Shown here piece after piece: positions 47,732 to 56,729 of a stretch of 64,000 nucleotides of DNA; positions within the stretch are counted from its first letter, which is position 1; every line of letters starts with the position of its first letter. The notes under the pieces are model-generated. The model searched no databases and was not told where the DNA came from. It was given only the letters and a program-made list of their open reading frames with translations. This DNA comes from Candidatus Bathyarchaeota archaeon (GTDB lineage: Archaea; Thermoproteota; Bathyarchaeia; Hecatellales; Hecatellaceae): assembly GCA_052246995.1 (NCBI GenBank), contig JBQPWD010000006.1:1-64000 (forward strand), given 5' to 3'. A program made the translations under genes and the position numbers.

Positions 47732-49990
47732 ATGGTGGATTATTTTACTCATCCATTAATTAAGAAAAACTGTGTAGAAAGCAGGCAGTACCAGCAAAAC
47801 ATTGTTAAAACATGCCTTAAAGGCAATACGCTTGTTGTCTTACCTACAGGTTTAGGTAAGACGTTAATAGCCGCAATTCTAACAGCCGAAAGACTTTTAA
47901 GGTTTTCCTGGGGAAGGTGTTTTATTCTTGCACCCACAAAACCGCTCATACTTCAACACTACCAAGTTTTTAAAGATGTTTTAAACCTTGAAACAAAGTA
48001 CTTCACCATGTTTACAGGTGAAACTTCCCCGTCAAGAAGGGTTTTAGGGGAAGCTAAAGTAGTTTTTATGACACCGCAAATTCTGGAAAACGACATTATT
48101 ACTGGAAGGATAAAACTTGAAGATGTTGTACTCCTAGTTTTTGATGAAGCTCACAGAGCTGTTGGAAACTATCCCTATGTTTTTATAGCAGACATTTACA
48201 TGAAAACAAGTAAAAATCCACTGATATTAGGTTTAACGGCATCTCCAGGTTCATCTATTGAAAGAGTTGAGGAAGTTAAAAGAAACCTTAAAATATCTTT
48301 TATTGAAGCAAGAACTGAAACTAGTCCAGACGTAAAACCCTATGTTAAGCCTATTAAAGTTGAGTGGGTTGAAGTTAAACTTGATGAAACTCTTGAAAAA
48401 ATTAAGATAAACCTTGAAAGTTACATTAAAGATAAGATTAAAACCTTTCATAAAGAAAATTTGCTTGAGAAGACAAGGTATAAGCTAACATTTAAAAAGT
48501 TTTGTGAAATTAGAGATAAATTTAGAAAACAAATTTCTGAACAACCTAAACCGCCTGAAAACCTTAAACATCTACTTTTAGATTTAATGTGTGTAAGATA
48601 CGCTTCCCAAGCTTTAAATTTGCTTGAAACTCAAGGTTTAACAGCATTAAAAAACTTTCTTTTAAGAGTTGAGGAAAAATCTAGAAGAAGCGGATTTTCT
48701 TCAGCAAAGGAGTTTATTTTGGATGGTAGAATACAAGACATATTAAATCTTAGCGTTATTTATGAGGATGTTGGTTTAGAGCATCCTAAGCTTGCCAAGC
48801 TTAAAGATGTTATTCTAAGGGAAATTTCCACTGGAGCTAGGAGAATAATAGTTTTTACAAATTACAGGGAAACAGCAAAAAAGCTTGTAGAAACATTTAA
48901 CGATGTTGAATGTGTAAAAGCTGTTAGGCTTGTAGGTCAACTTAATAAGCCATATGATTCAGGTTTAACCCAAAAAGAGCAGGCTGAAATACTTTCAAGC
49001 TTTAAAGATGGAAAGTATAATGTTTTAATTGCAACCCAAATTGGTGAGGAAGGAATTGACATATCTTCATCTGATGTTGTTGTTTTTTATGATAATGTTC
49101 CAAGCGCTGTAAGATTTATTCAAAGAAGGGGGAGAACTGGAAGAAGCGCTCCTGGAAAGGTTGTTATTCTTGTAACTAAGGGTACAATGGATGCCGTGTA
49201 CTACTATCTAGCTAAAAGGAGAGAAAAGGTTATGAGGGATATTGTAGGAAGAATTCAGGTTAAGAGTTTTCAAGATTTAGGACAACAAAATATTGAAAAA
49301 TTTGTTTTGGAGGAAAAAAGCATGAGGTATGGTGCAGAAGCAAATAAAAACTTACTAATCATTGTTGATAGTAGAGAAAGGAATTCTTCCGTTATTAAGG
49401 AGCTTATCAAGTTTGGGGTAAATGTTAAAGTTGAGAATCTTACAATAGGAGACTATGTTTTATCTGATAAAGTTGCTGTTGAAAGAAAAACAGCTCAGGA
49501 TTTTGCATCATCAATAATTGATAAAAGACTTTTTTTTCAAGCAAAAAGCCTAATTTCAACTTATAAAAAACCGTTAATTGTAATTGAAGGTGAAGATTTG
49601 TATACAGCTTCAAATATAAATGCAAATGCTATTAGGGGAGCCATTTTAAGCCTTTTAATGGATTACGGAATACCAATAATCTTAACAAAAAACCCGTCAG
49701 AAACAGCATTCTTCCTACTATTGATAGCTGAGAAGGAACAGGTTGAAAGGGCCTCCTATCCTTCAATTCGTGGAGAAAGGAAGCCTTTAAGTTTAGCTGA
49801 ACAACAAGAATATGTTGTTGCAAGCCTACCTAACGTTGAATTAACTTTGGCAAGGAGGCTTCTAAAAAGATTTGGGTCAGTTGAAGGTGTTTTTAATGCT
49901 TCAAAAGATGAGTTAAAAAATGTTCCAGGTATAGGGGATGTTATTGCTGAAAAAATTAGAAAAGTTATAACTGAAAAGTATACTGGATAA
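47732..49990 (+). CDS. hef: Hef: SF2 helicase + ERCC4/XPF nuclease + HhH
   Basis: LPTGLGKT, DEAH, TASPG, QRRGRTGR, VDSRE, GDY, ERKTAQDF, HhH tail. Confidence 0.95.
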   Translation: MVDYFTHPLIKKNCVESRQYQQNIVKTCLKGNTLVVLPTGLGKTLIAAILTAERLLRFSWGRCFILAPTKPLILQHYQVFKDVLNLETKYFTMFTGETSPSRRVLGEAKVVFMTPQILENDIITGRIKLEDVVLLVFDEAHRAVGNYPYVFIADIYMKTSKNPLILGLTASPGSSIERVEEVKRNLKISFIEARTETSPDVKPYVKPIKVEWVEVKLDETLEKIKINLESYIKDKIKTFHKENLLEKTRYKLTFKKFCEIRDKFRKQISEQPKPPENLKHLLLDLMCVRYASQALNLLETQGLTALKNFLLRVEEKSRRSGFSSAKEFILDGRIQDILNLSVIYEDVGLEHPKLAKLKDVILREISTGARRIIVFTNYRETAKKLVETFNDVECVKAVRLVGQLNKPYDSGLTQKEQAEILSSFKDGKYNVLIATQIGEEGIDISSSDVVVFYDNVPSAVRFIQRRGRTGRSAPGKVVILVTKGTMDAVYYYLAKRREKVMRDIVGRIQVKSFQDLGQQNIEKFVLEEKSMRYGAEANKNLLIIVDSRERNSSVIKELIKFGVNVKVENLTIGDYVLSDKVAVERKTAQDFASSIIDKRLFFQAKSLISTYKKPLIVIEGEDLYTASNINANAIRGAILSLLMDYGIPIILTKNPSETAFFLLLIAEKEQVERASYPSIRGERKPLSLAEQQEYVVASLPNVELTLARRLLKRFGSVEGVFNASKDELKNVPGIGDVIAEKIRKVITEKYTG

Positions 49991-50202
49991 AAACCAGTTC
50001 ACACCTAAAACAGCAAAAAATGCTAAAGTAGCTACTTTAATATTTTTAATGCTTTGGCATTTTGATGTCAAACAGTCAAAGTTTTTATTTTCTCATATTT
50101 TTACAGGCTTACCAGTTTTCTTAAAAGTCTTAAAATCTTAATTTCTAAACCATTTTATTTTAGCTTTCCAGCGGCTTTTTAACATGGTTTTTAAATTCCG
50201 GG

Positions 50203-50547
50203 TTAATCTCCAATCTTCTTAATCTTTTTAAGGGCTTCTAAAGTGCTAATTGTTAAGTCTAGAAGGATTTTAAGGTTGTTTAAATCCTTCTCCTCCCTAA
50301 TTTTTTGCTCTAATTGTTGAAGCTTAACCACCAATGATTCCTCAAGTCTTATGAGAGTTGATGGAAGATTTGCCCTTAAAGCTTCCTCGTCGGATTTTAC
50401 AATAACAACTTTCCTGTCACAGGTAAAGCAGTATATTTCCTCTGATGGAAGCTTAAAAAGTGGAGAGCTACATTGAGGGCAGGATTGGTTAAGCATTGTT
50501 GCACCAGTTTTAAGGGCTTCAGCCATCCTTTTAATGTTCCTATCCAA
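50203..50547 (-). CDS. UPF0148 / SSSCA1-family zinc-ribbon protein
   Basis: MAEALKTGATML...CPQCSSPLF...YCFTC. Confidence 0.88.
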   Translation of the reverse strand: MDRNIKRMAEALKTGATMLNQSCPQCSSPLFKLPSEEIYCFTCDRKVVIVKSDEEALRANLPSTLIRLEESLVVKLQQLEQKIREEKDLNNLKILLDLTISTLEALKKIKKIGD

Positions 50548-50679
50548 CTTTTCACCACTAAAACTTATTTATAAAGTTAATATAAGATTTTTAATGTAAG
50601 GTAGTTAGTACCGGACAGGTTATAAGCTAATAACTTATGAGATTATCCTATATTTAGGTTATTCCTGTTAAAACCATAC

Positions 50680-50976
50680 TTGGTGGTGGTTATCTTGTCT
50701 AAACGTAAACGTAAAGCAGAAATTTATGAACAAACCATAGGTCAGGCTTTAACCATACTTAAAGACATCTCTGAGGATACAACAACCCCAAGAAACATTA
50801 GAAGGGTTGCAAAAACTGCAATGGATACTCTTCAAGATACCTCAAAAACTTATGGTGTTAGGTCTGCAAACGTTATTTCCATGCTTGATGAAATTTCTCA
50901 AGATCCAAACATGCCCCCCTATACAAGAACAAAAATTTGGAATGTAGTAAGCTTGCTTGAAACAATAAAAGATTAA
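50680..50976 (+). CDS. UPF0147 family protein
   Basis: DTTTPRNIRR, LDEISQDPNMPPYTRTKIW. Confidence 0.92.
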   Translation: MVVVILSKRKRKAEIYEQTIGQALTILKDISEDTTTPRNIRRVAKTAMDTLQDTSKTYGVRSANVISMLDEISQDPNMPPYTRTKIWNVVSLLETIKD

Positions 50977-50980
50977 TTTT

Positions 50981-51793
50981 TTAGGATTTAAAAAGCTTAA
51001 AAACTTTTTCTAAAAGATTAGGGTTTGCCGCTGAAACAACCGTTGTACGTCTTGTAGGTAGGTCTGCGGGTATATCAAGTTCTTTACCATCACCATCAAC
51101 AATCAATCCTCCTGCCTCCTTAAGAATAAGGTATGCTGCCGCCAAATCAACAACCCTAACTCTACCTTTAAGGTCTACATGCACATCTATCATTCCAGCA
51201 GCTATATAGCAAACTTCAAGAGAAACTGCTCCAAGACGTCGTAGATGGTTTGAATTTTTAGCTATTTTTAAGCTTTTTTCTAAGGCTTCACCAGATGGGG
51301 GGATATCAACAGATATAATTGCATTCTTAAAATCTTCAACACTTGAGGGTTTAATTCTTTTACCATTTAACCATGAACCCTTACCTTTTTCAGCATAAAA
51401 AAGTTTACCACTTGAAACCTCAAGAACAACAGCAGCATAAACTGATGAGAGAGTAGGTTTTTCAGCTACAGCTAAAGAAACAGCATAAAACGGTATTCCA
51501 CGTAAAAAATTGTTTGTACCGTCAAGACCATCAACAAGAACATATGCTTCAGGAGGTTTTTCATCAAAAATTTTTATAACACCGTTCTCTTCACCAACAA
51601 AAACACAAGGTTTACCGTAATTTTTCAGCAACCTTATAACAGTTTCCTCGGCAACAACATCAACATACCTAGATTCGTCTCCACCAGCACCAACACCAAT
51701 AACCTTGAAAGCCCTCTCAGAACCAGATAAAAGCTTAATTTCTTCAGCAACTTTTAATGAAACATTCTTCAAAAATTCTAAACCTATACTCAT
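50981..51793 (-). CDS. suhB: Inositol monophosphatase / FBPase
   Basis: GAGGD, GEENG, DGLDGTNN, RRLGAVSLE, DLAAA. Confidence 0.9.
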   Translation of the reverse strand: MSIGLEFLKNVSLKVAEEIKLLSGSERAFKVIGVGAGGDESRYVDVVAEETVIRLLKNYGKPCVFVGEENGVIKIFDEKPPEAYVLVDGLDGTNNFLRGIPFYAVSLAVAEKPTLSSVYAAVVLEVSSGKLFYAEKGKGSWLNGKRIKPSSVEDFKNAIISVDIPPSGEALEKSLKIAKNSNHLRRLGAVSLEVCYIAAGMIDVHVDLKGRVRVVDLAAAYLILKEAGGLIVDGDGKELDIPADLPTRRTTVVSAANPNLLEKVFKLFKS

Positions 51794-51879
51794 GGTAAAC
51801 CAGTCCCAACAACAAGTTTAAGAACTACTATAAACAAAGTATTCTAAAGAGAAAAAATTTTTCTAAAAAAGTGAAGTAC

Positions 51880-51998
51880 GCGGGGGTCGCCAAGCCTGGT
51901 CAAAGGCGCAGGAGCCTATAAGAAGAAGCTTGTAGGCGGCGAAAATGAGGATCCTGTCCCGTAGGGGTTCGTGGGTTCAAATCCCACCCCCCGCACCA
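51880..51998 (+). tRNA. tRNA-Leu(GAG) with a non-canonical 31-nt intron (about 30/31; 51913-51943); CCA encoded
   Basis: GCGGGGG acceptor, long variable arm, GTGGG-TTCAAAT-CCCAC; intron hairpin GCCTATAAG/CTTGTAGGC; spliced length 88 nt. Confidence 0.88.
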
Positions 51999-52219
51999 TT
52001 ATCTCTTGTCCTGGTGTAGTTACCATCTCTCCAATTTTTAAGTTCACAAATATGAGTACGCCATGAACATAAAATGCCAATACTGCAAAAGGCTTCATGG
52101 TTTAAGCGTTGTTAGTGGGAGTGAGAAGGTTTTTAGGTTAAACCTGCAATGTTGTTAACATAAGAAAATGTTAAGACTTATAGGTCAAGTTAAAAAAGGT
52201 TTAAGAGATTAATTTGTCA

Positions 52220-52789
52220 TTAAAGGGTTCCTCTGTAGTGGATTGTTGTTGGACATCCTACGCATTTTCCGTTAATGTATCTTGTGCATGGTTTGCAGTC
52301 CACACGGCATGGTGCTGTTTTCCTTTCCTTACGGACAAGGTGTTCTCTTACTGGGAGGAATGGTGAAAAATGGATTTCACCTATGGGGTAAAATTCTGAC
52401 CTTCGTATACCCGTGCTACTTCTTAAGGAACATTTTTCAATAGATATGCTTTCTAGCGTGTCTTGGTTTTCAGCTATAACTAGGGCAATTAGATTGTAAC
52501 CACCTAGTGTCTTAAAAATTTGAACCACCCTTGGACAATCCTTGAAGCGTTCAAGCAGTTTTTGCATCGCCTCAGCGTTTTCCATTTCCATCAGAACTAT
52601 AGCGGGAAAAAGCTTGAAAAAATATGGGTTTAGTGAAGCAGACACCTTGATGGCGCCTTGTTGGATAAGCCTTTGCAACCTTTTCTTAACTCCCATGCTT
52701 GTGAATTCAACATTCTTGGCAAGTTCTTCTAAAGTGGCTCTACCGTCTATTTGAAGCTGGGAAATTATTTTCCTGTCAACTTCGTCCAA
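52220..52789 (-). CDS. Lrp/AsnC regulator with a C-terminal Cys-rich motif
   Basis: MDEVDRKIISQLQIDGR HTH, RAM domain, APCRVDCKPC...CVGCP. Confidence 0.88.
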   Translation of the reverse strand: MDEVDRKIISQLQIDGRATLEELAKNVEFTSMGVKKRLQRLIQQGAIKVSASLNPYFFKLFPAIVLMEMENAEAMQKLLERFKDCPRVVQIFKTLGGYNLIALVIAENQDTLESISIEKCSLRSSTGIRRSEFYPIGEIHFSPFLPVREHLVRKERKTAPCRVDCKPCTRYINGKCVGCPTTIHYRGTL

Positions 52790-52904
52790 AGCTTGATTCT
52801 CCGTTTATTTTCTAAACAAAAACTATTTAATATAGTTTACGTATTAAACTATTTAGCTTGACCAGAACAGATAATCAACAAGAAAGAAGCATAGAGGAAT
52901 ACGT

Positions 52905-53804
52905 ATGAGTGTGAAATGTGACGGTAAATGCGAATCCTGCTCAAAGGTGAATGAATGTTCAGACCCACGGAAGGAAAGGTGGGAAGAACAACAGAAGCTA
53001 AAGCAGAAAATGGGTAAAATCAAGCATAAAGTAGCGGTTATAAGTGGAAAAGGAGGAGTTGGAAAAAGCACTGTAACAGCGAATCTTGCAATAGCTTTTG
53101 CAATGCATGGCTATATAAGCCGAGTAGGAATATTGGATGCTGACATTCACGGTCCAAGCATTCCAAAGATGCTTGGTTTAAAAGGGCAAAGGTTTCAAGT
53201 TCTTGGTAGTGGAGCAGTTTTCCCTGTTATTGGCCCTCTAGGAATAAAAGTTGTCTCCATGGACTTTCTGCTTCCAAGCGATGATTCACCAGTAATCTGG
53301 CGTGGACCATTAAAGATGAGAGCTATCCAGCAGTTCTTATCTGATATTAATTGGGGAGAGTTGGACTTCCTTTTCATCGACCTCCCACCTGGGACGGGAG
53401 ATGAACCGTTAAGTGTTATGCAGCTTATTCCAGATATGGACGGTGTGGTCATAGTTACCATACCATCCGAGGTTTCACAAATTGTTGTAAAAAAAGCGGT
53501 AGTGTTCGCTAGGGAGCTAAACGTTCCAGTAATAGGCATAATTGAAAACATGAGCGGTTTCGTTTGTCCAAAGTGCGGAGCGGAAATAGACATCTTTAAA
53601 ACGGGTGGTGGAAGAAAAATTGCTGAAGACTTAGGCATCCCATTCCTAGGAAGAATACCAATAGACCCTAAAATATGCGAAGACTCAGACAACGGAAAAC
53701 CATTCATAGTTTGGCAACCAGATTCACCATCCTCGAAAGCATTTACAGAAATTGTTAAGAAAATTGAGCACTACCTTAAACAAAAAGATGCGCGAATATC
53801 ATGA
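52905..53804 (+). CDS. mrp: Mrp/NBP35 Fe-S cluster carrier ATPase
   Basis: N-terminal CxxxCxxC, SGKGGVGKST, DADIHGPS, WRGP, DLPPGTGD, CPKC. Confidence 0.95.
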   Translation: MSVKCDGKCESCSKVNECSDPRKERWEEQQKLKQKMGKIKHKVAVISGKGGVGKSTVTANLAIAFAMHGYISRVGILDADIHGPSIPKMLGLKGQRFQVLGSGAVFPVIGPLGIKVVSMDFLLPSDDSPVIWRGPLKMRAIQQFLSDINWGELDFLFIDLPPGTGDEPLSVMQLIPDMDGVVIVTIPSEVSQIVVKKAVVFARELNVPVIGIIENMSGFVCPKCGAEIDIFKTGGGRKIAEDLGIPFLGRIPIDPKICEDSDNGKPFIVWQPDSPSSKAFTEIVKKIEHYLKQKDARIS

Positions 53805-53845
53805 TGGTAAATGACCAATAAATTTTAGATGGAGGAGATGGTTAG

Positions 53846-53908
53846 ATGAAAATTTGTGTTTCAGCCACCGCGGGTGACTTAAATGCCCCGCTAGCCCATA
53901 AAACCTGA
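53846..53908 (+). pseudogene. Truncated NifB/NifX-family gene (N-terminus only)
   Basis: GGAGG RBS then MKICVSATAGDLNAPL, the typical NifX-family start, ending after 20 aa. Confidence 0.55.
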
Positions 53909-54097
53909 AACATGCAAAACATAAAAAATTCTGGCAGTGAAAACGATCAAGCAACAATTTTTGCGCTAAACTATGTAAGGTTATGTGATTTACTAGACTA
54001 AAGAAAAATCATGAAGGATTGTTCTGGCAAAAAATTAAAGTCTTTTTTTAGTCTATATCCAGCCTTTTTCATTTCAGCCTTGAGGTTTTGCGTTTCT

Positions 54098-54502
54098 CTA
54101 GCCTATGTTATGTTTTGCTCGTTCAACCATTACACAAACACCATATATCACATCAATGCCGTTTTCCTTGCAGAATTTTATCGCCTTTTCCGATTCTGAG
54201 CCTGGTTGTATCCAAACCTTTGTAATTCCAAGTTTCTTGCAAGTTTTTACTAAATTCTCTGTTACTTCTGGAGGAACTACAACATTAACAACGTCAGGTT
54301 TTACAGGTAACTCTTCTAAACTTGGATAACACTTGTCGTCCAAAATTTCCTTTACATTAGGGTTTACAGGGTAAACCTTGTAACCAGCACTTTTAAGATC
54401 TTCATAAACTTTATAACCATATTTTCGAGCATCACGGCTAGCTCCCACAACAGCAAAAACGTTTCTCTTGTCCAAAAACACGTTAATTAACCCTTCACTC
54501 AT
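54098..54502 (-). CDS. CoA-binding protein (YccU-like)
   Basis: AVVGAS, YPVNP, VWIQPG, CVMV. Confidence 0.92.
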   Translation of the reverse strand: MSEGLINVFLDKRNVFAVVGASRDARKYGYKVYEDLKSAGYKVYPVNPNVKEILDDKCYPSLEELPVKPDVVNVVVPPEVTENLVKTCKKLGITKVWIQPGSESEKAIKFCKENGIDVIYGVCVMVERAKHNIG

Positions 54503-54796
54503 TTACTGTCACTACTTTTAAGTTCAATAGTATCTTGTATGAAAGACTTGTTATAAAAGTTAAACCAGCTACCTAGAACAGGCCAAACCCTAACCCCGAG
54601 AAAAAATCTTTTGTTTGTACTTTACAAAAATATTTTCACTTCACCATACCTTTATACAACACACGGGCTGACTTAGAAACAAGAATAGAGACAAAAAGTG
54701 ATGAAAATCAACAGTAAAAATGGAATGTAAGAAAAATGACAGAATCAACCAACTAAAAAAAATTGAACCTAGTTTAGTAGTTGTCTTAAAGTTTTG

Positions 54797-55213
54797 TTAG
54801 GTTTGTAGCTTAAAAATCGGTACAACTCTTTTTTCCTTATCGGCTAAGTAGTGTCCCTTACTAGGGAGCTCTACTCCCTCTATGGTAACCTTTTTTCCCA
54901 AAAGCTCTACACCAGCCTTTTCAGGCGGGATGTCAAGTCTTCCAGTCAGCCAAGGTCCATCATCAGTTTCAATTTCGCATACAACGTATGGTGCTTCATC
55001 TTCCAATCCTGTAGGTGCAACATGAATAACCGTAAAAGTCTGTATTACACCGCTTTTTTTCATCTCAACAACCTCTAAATCCTCCCCGCCACACTCTTGA
55101 CATACTGTTTGCGGTGGACATGTTACCTTACCGCATGTTTTACATTTTAAGCCAAGAAGTTTACCGTTTTTTAGGCTATCAAAAAACTCTTTAAACGTTA
55201 ACTTGCCAGTCAT
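54797..55213 (-). CDS. DUF35 Zn-ribbon/OB-fold protein
   Basis: CKTCG..PP..CQECG, TFTVIHVAP, PYVV; adjacent to the thiolase. Confidence 0.9.
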   Translation of the reverse strand: MTGKLTFKEFFDSLKNGKLLGLKCKTCGKVTCPPQTVCQECGGEDLEVVEMKKSGVIQTFTVIHVAPTGLEDEAPYVVCEIETDDGPWLTGRLDIPPEKAGVELLGKKVTIEGVELPSKGHYLADKEKRVVPIFKLQT

Positions 55214-55215
55214 GG

Positions 55216-56436
55216 TTAAGCTTCACCTCTTCTTTCTCTGCCAAGTATTATGTTACATATTGTTGTAAAGTCCCCACCTAACGTGTCCGTCATACCTATT
55301 TTTGCACCATGAACCTGTAAATCTCTATGTTCAACTTCATTTCTTAACTGTTTAACTATACAATATATTTGTGAAACACCAGTTGCACCAACGGGATGAC
55401 CCTTGCCTATCAAGCCTCCTGAAGGATTTACTGGAAGTTTACTACCAATCTGTGTTTTTCCTTTTTCAGTTGCATCCGCCGCTGTGCCAAACTCAAAAAA
55501 TCCCATTGCCTCTAAAGCTATAATCTCAGCTATAGTGAAACAATCATGTAACTCTACAACATTAACATCTTCAGGTGTTACTCCTGCTTGTTTAAAAGCC
55601 TCCCTTGAAGAGTTTACTCTAGCCTTAGGTACGGTAATATCCTTCTGTCTGTAGAGAGCTCCTGCAGAGCTTTGACCTACACCTAAAACATAAACAGGTT
55701 TAGTGTGAAACTTTTCAGCTATGTCTGCTGAAGCTAAAACACATGCAGCAGCACCATCAGTCATGGGACAACAATCTAGAAGAGTTAAAGGATAAGCTAT
55801 CATCCGCGAATTTACTACATCTTCAGGTTTAAGGTCACCATATTTTCCGTAAAATTGTGATAGCGGGTTTTTTGCCCCATTTTTATGGTTTTTAACGGAT
55901 ACATGAGCCATCTTAACCCTTAACTCATCCAACGGGATCCCATACTTTTTTGAGTAAAAAACTGCGGCCATGCCGAAAACACCTGGAAACGTTAACCCTA
56001 CATTACCCTCATACACACTATCAACAGAGGTTGCAAGAGCTTTGGTACCCAGCGCTGTACCTGCGGAAAGAAGCCTTTCAACTCCTCCAACCAAAACTAC
56101 ATCATAAACACCAGCAGCAACAAGTAGGTATGCTTCTCTAAAAGCAACAGCGGATGATGCGCATGCGCCCTCATACCTAACAGCTGGAACACCTTGAATA
56201 CCAACTTCAGTACTTGCGAAACCTGCTACGTTTGAGGCACCATCTGTAACCTCGCCAACATGCTGCCCTAAAAACAATGCTTGAATCTGCTTTTTATCAA
56301 TATTTGATTCTTTTATCGCCTTTATTGCAGCTTCACCAAACAAATCCATAAGCGACTTATCTGGATGCCTACCAAACTTTGTATGACCTACACCTAAAAC
56401 TGCTACATCCCTAAACTTCTTCAAAACAACCACCAT
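55216..56436 (-). CDS. SCP2-type thiolase
   Basis: EGACASS, DGAAA, ELHDCFTIAE, NPSGGL..GHPVGATG. Confidence 0.93.
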   Translation of the reverse strand: MVVVLKKFRDVAVLGVGHTKFGRHPDKSLMDLFGEAAIKAIKESNIDKKQIQALFLGQHVGEVTDGASNVAGFASTEVGIQGVPAVRYEGACASSAVAFREAYLLVAAGVYDVVLVGGVERLLSAGTALGTKALATSVDSVYEGNVGLTFPGVFGMAAVFYSKKYGIPLDELRVKMAHVSVKNHKNGAKNPLSQFYGKYGDLKPEDVVNSRMIAYPLTLLDCCPMTDGAAACVLASADIAEKFHTKPVYVLGVGQSSAGALYRQKDITVPKARVNSSREAFKQAGVTPEDVNVVELHDCFTIAEIIALEAMGFFEFGTAADATEKGKTQIGSKLPVNPSGGLIGKGHPVGATGVSQIYCIVKQLRNEVEHRDLQVHGAKIGMTDTLGGDFTTICNIILGRERRGEA

Positions 56437-56729
56437 TACCTTATTTATAGGATGAAGTTAATAAATTTCATGGAAAAATCATGCACTTAAATTTTTTATG
56501 CAAAATGCTTTTATCAACAACAAACTAAGGGTTAAAAATGTAAGCAGCAAAAAATCTTCTTAGTTGAAAAGAAATTTGCTTTATACAACCTTAGTTAACA
56601 CAACATTGACGGTAAGCTTTACAGCACCTCTATTCATACCCAATTAATTAATGAACACAACTTTCTACCAGTTATGGCGAGTTCACTAACTCAAAACTAA
56701 ATTTTCAGGTTTTCTTAAGCCCTATTCTG

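Noticed and set aside
51916-52098. ORF ending MVRGVGFEPTNPYGTG, and likewise ORFs 19189-19482 and 61890-62195
   Set aside because: Translations overlapping tRNA genes; no integrase motifs.
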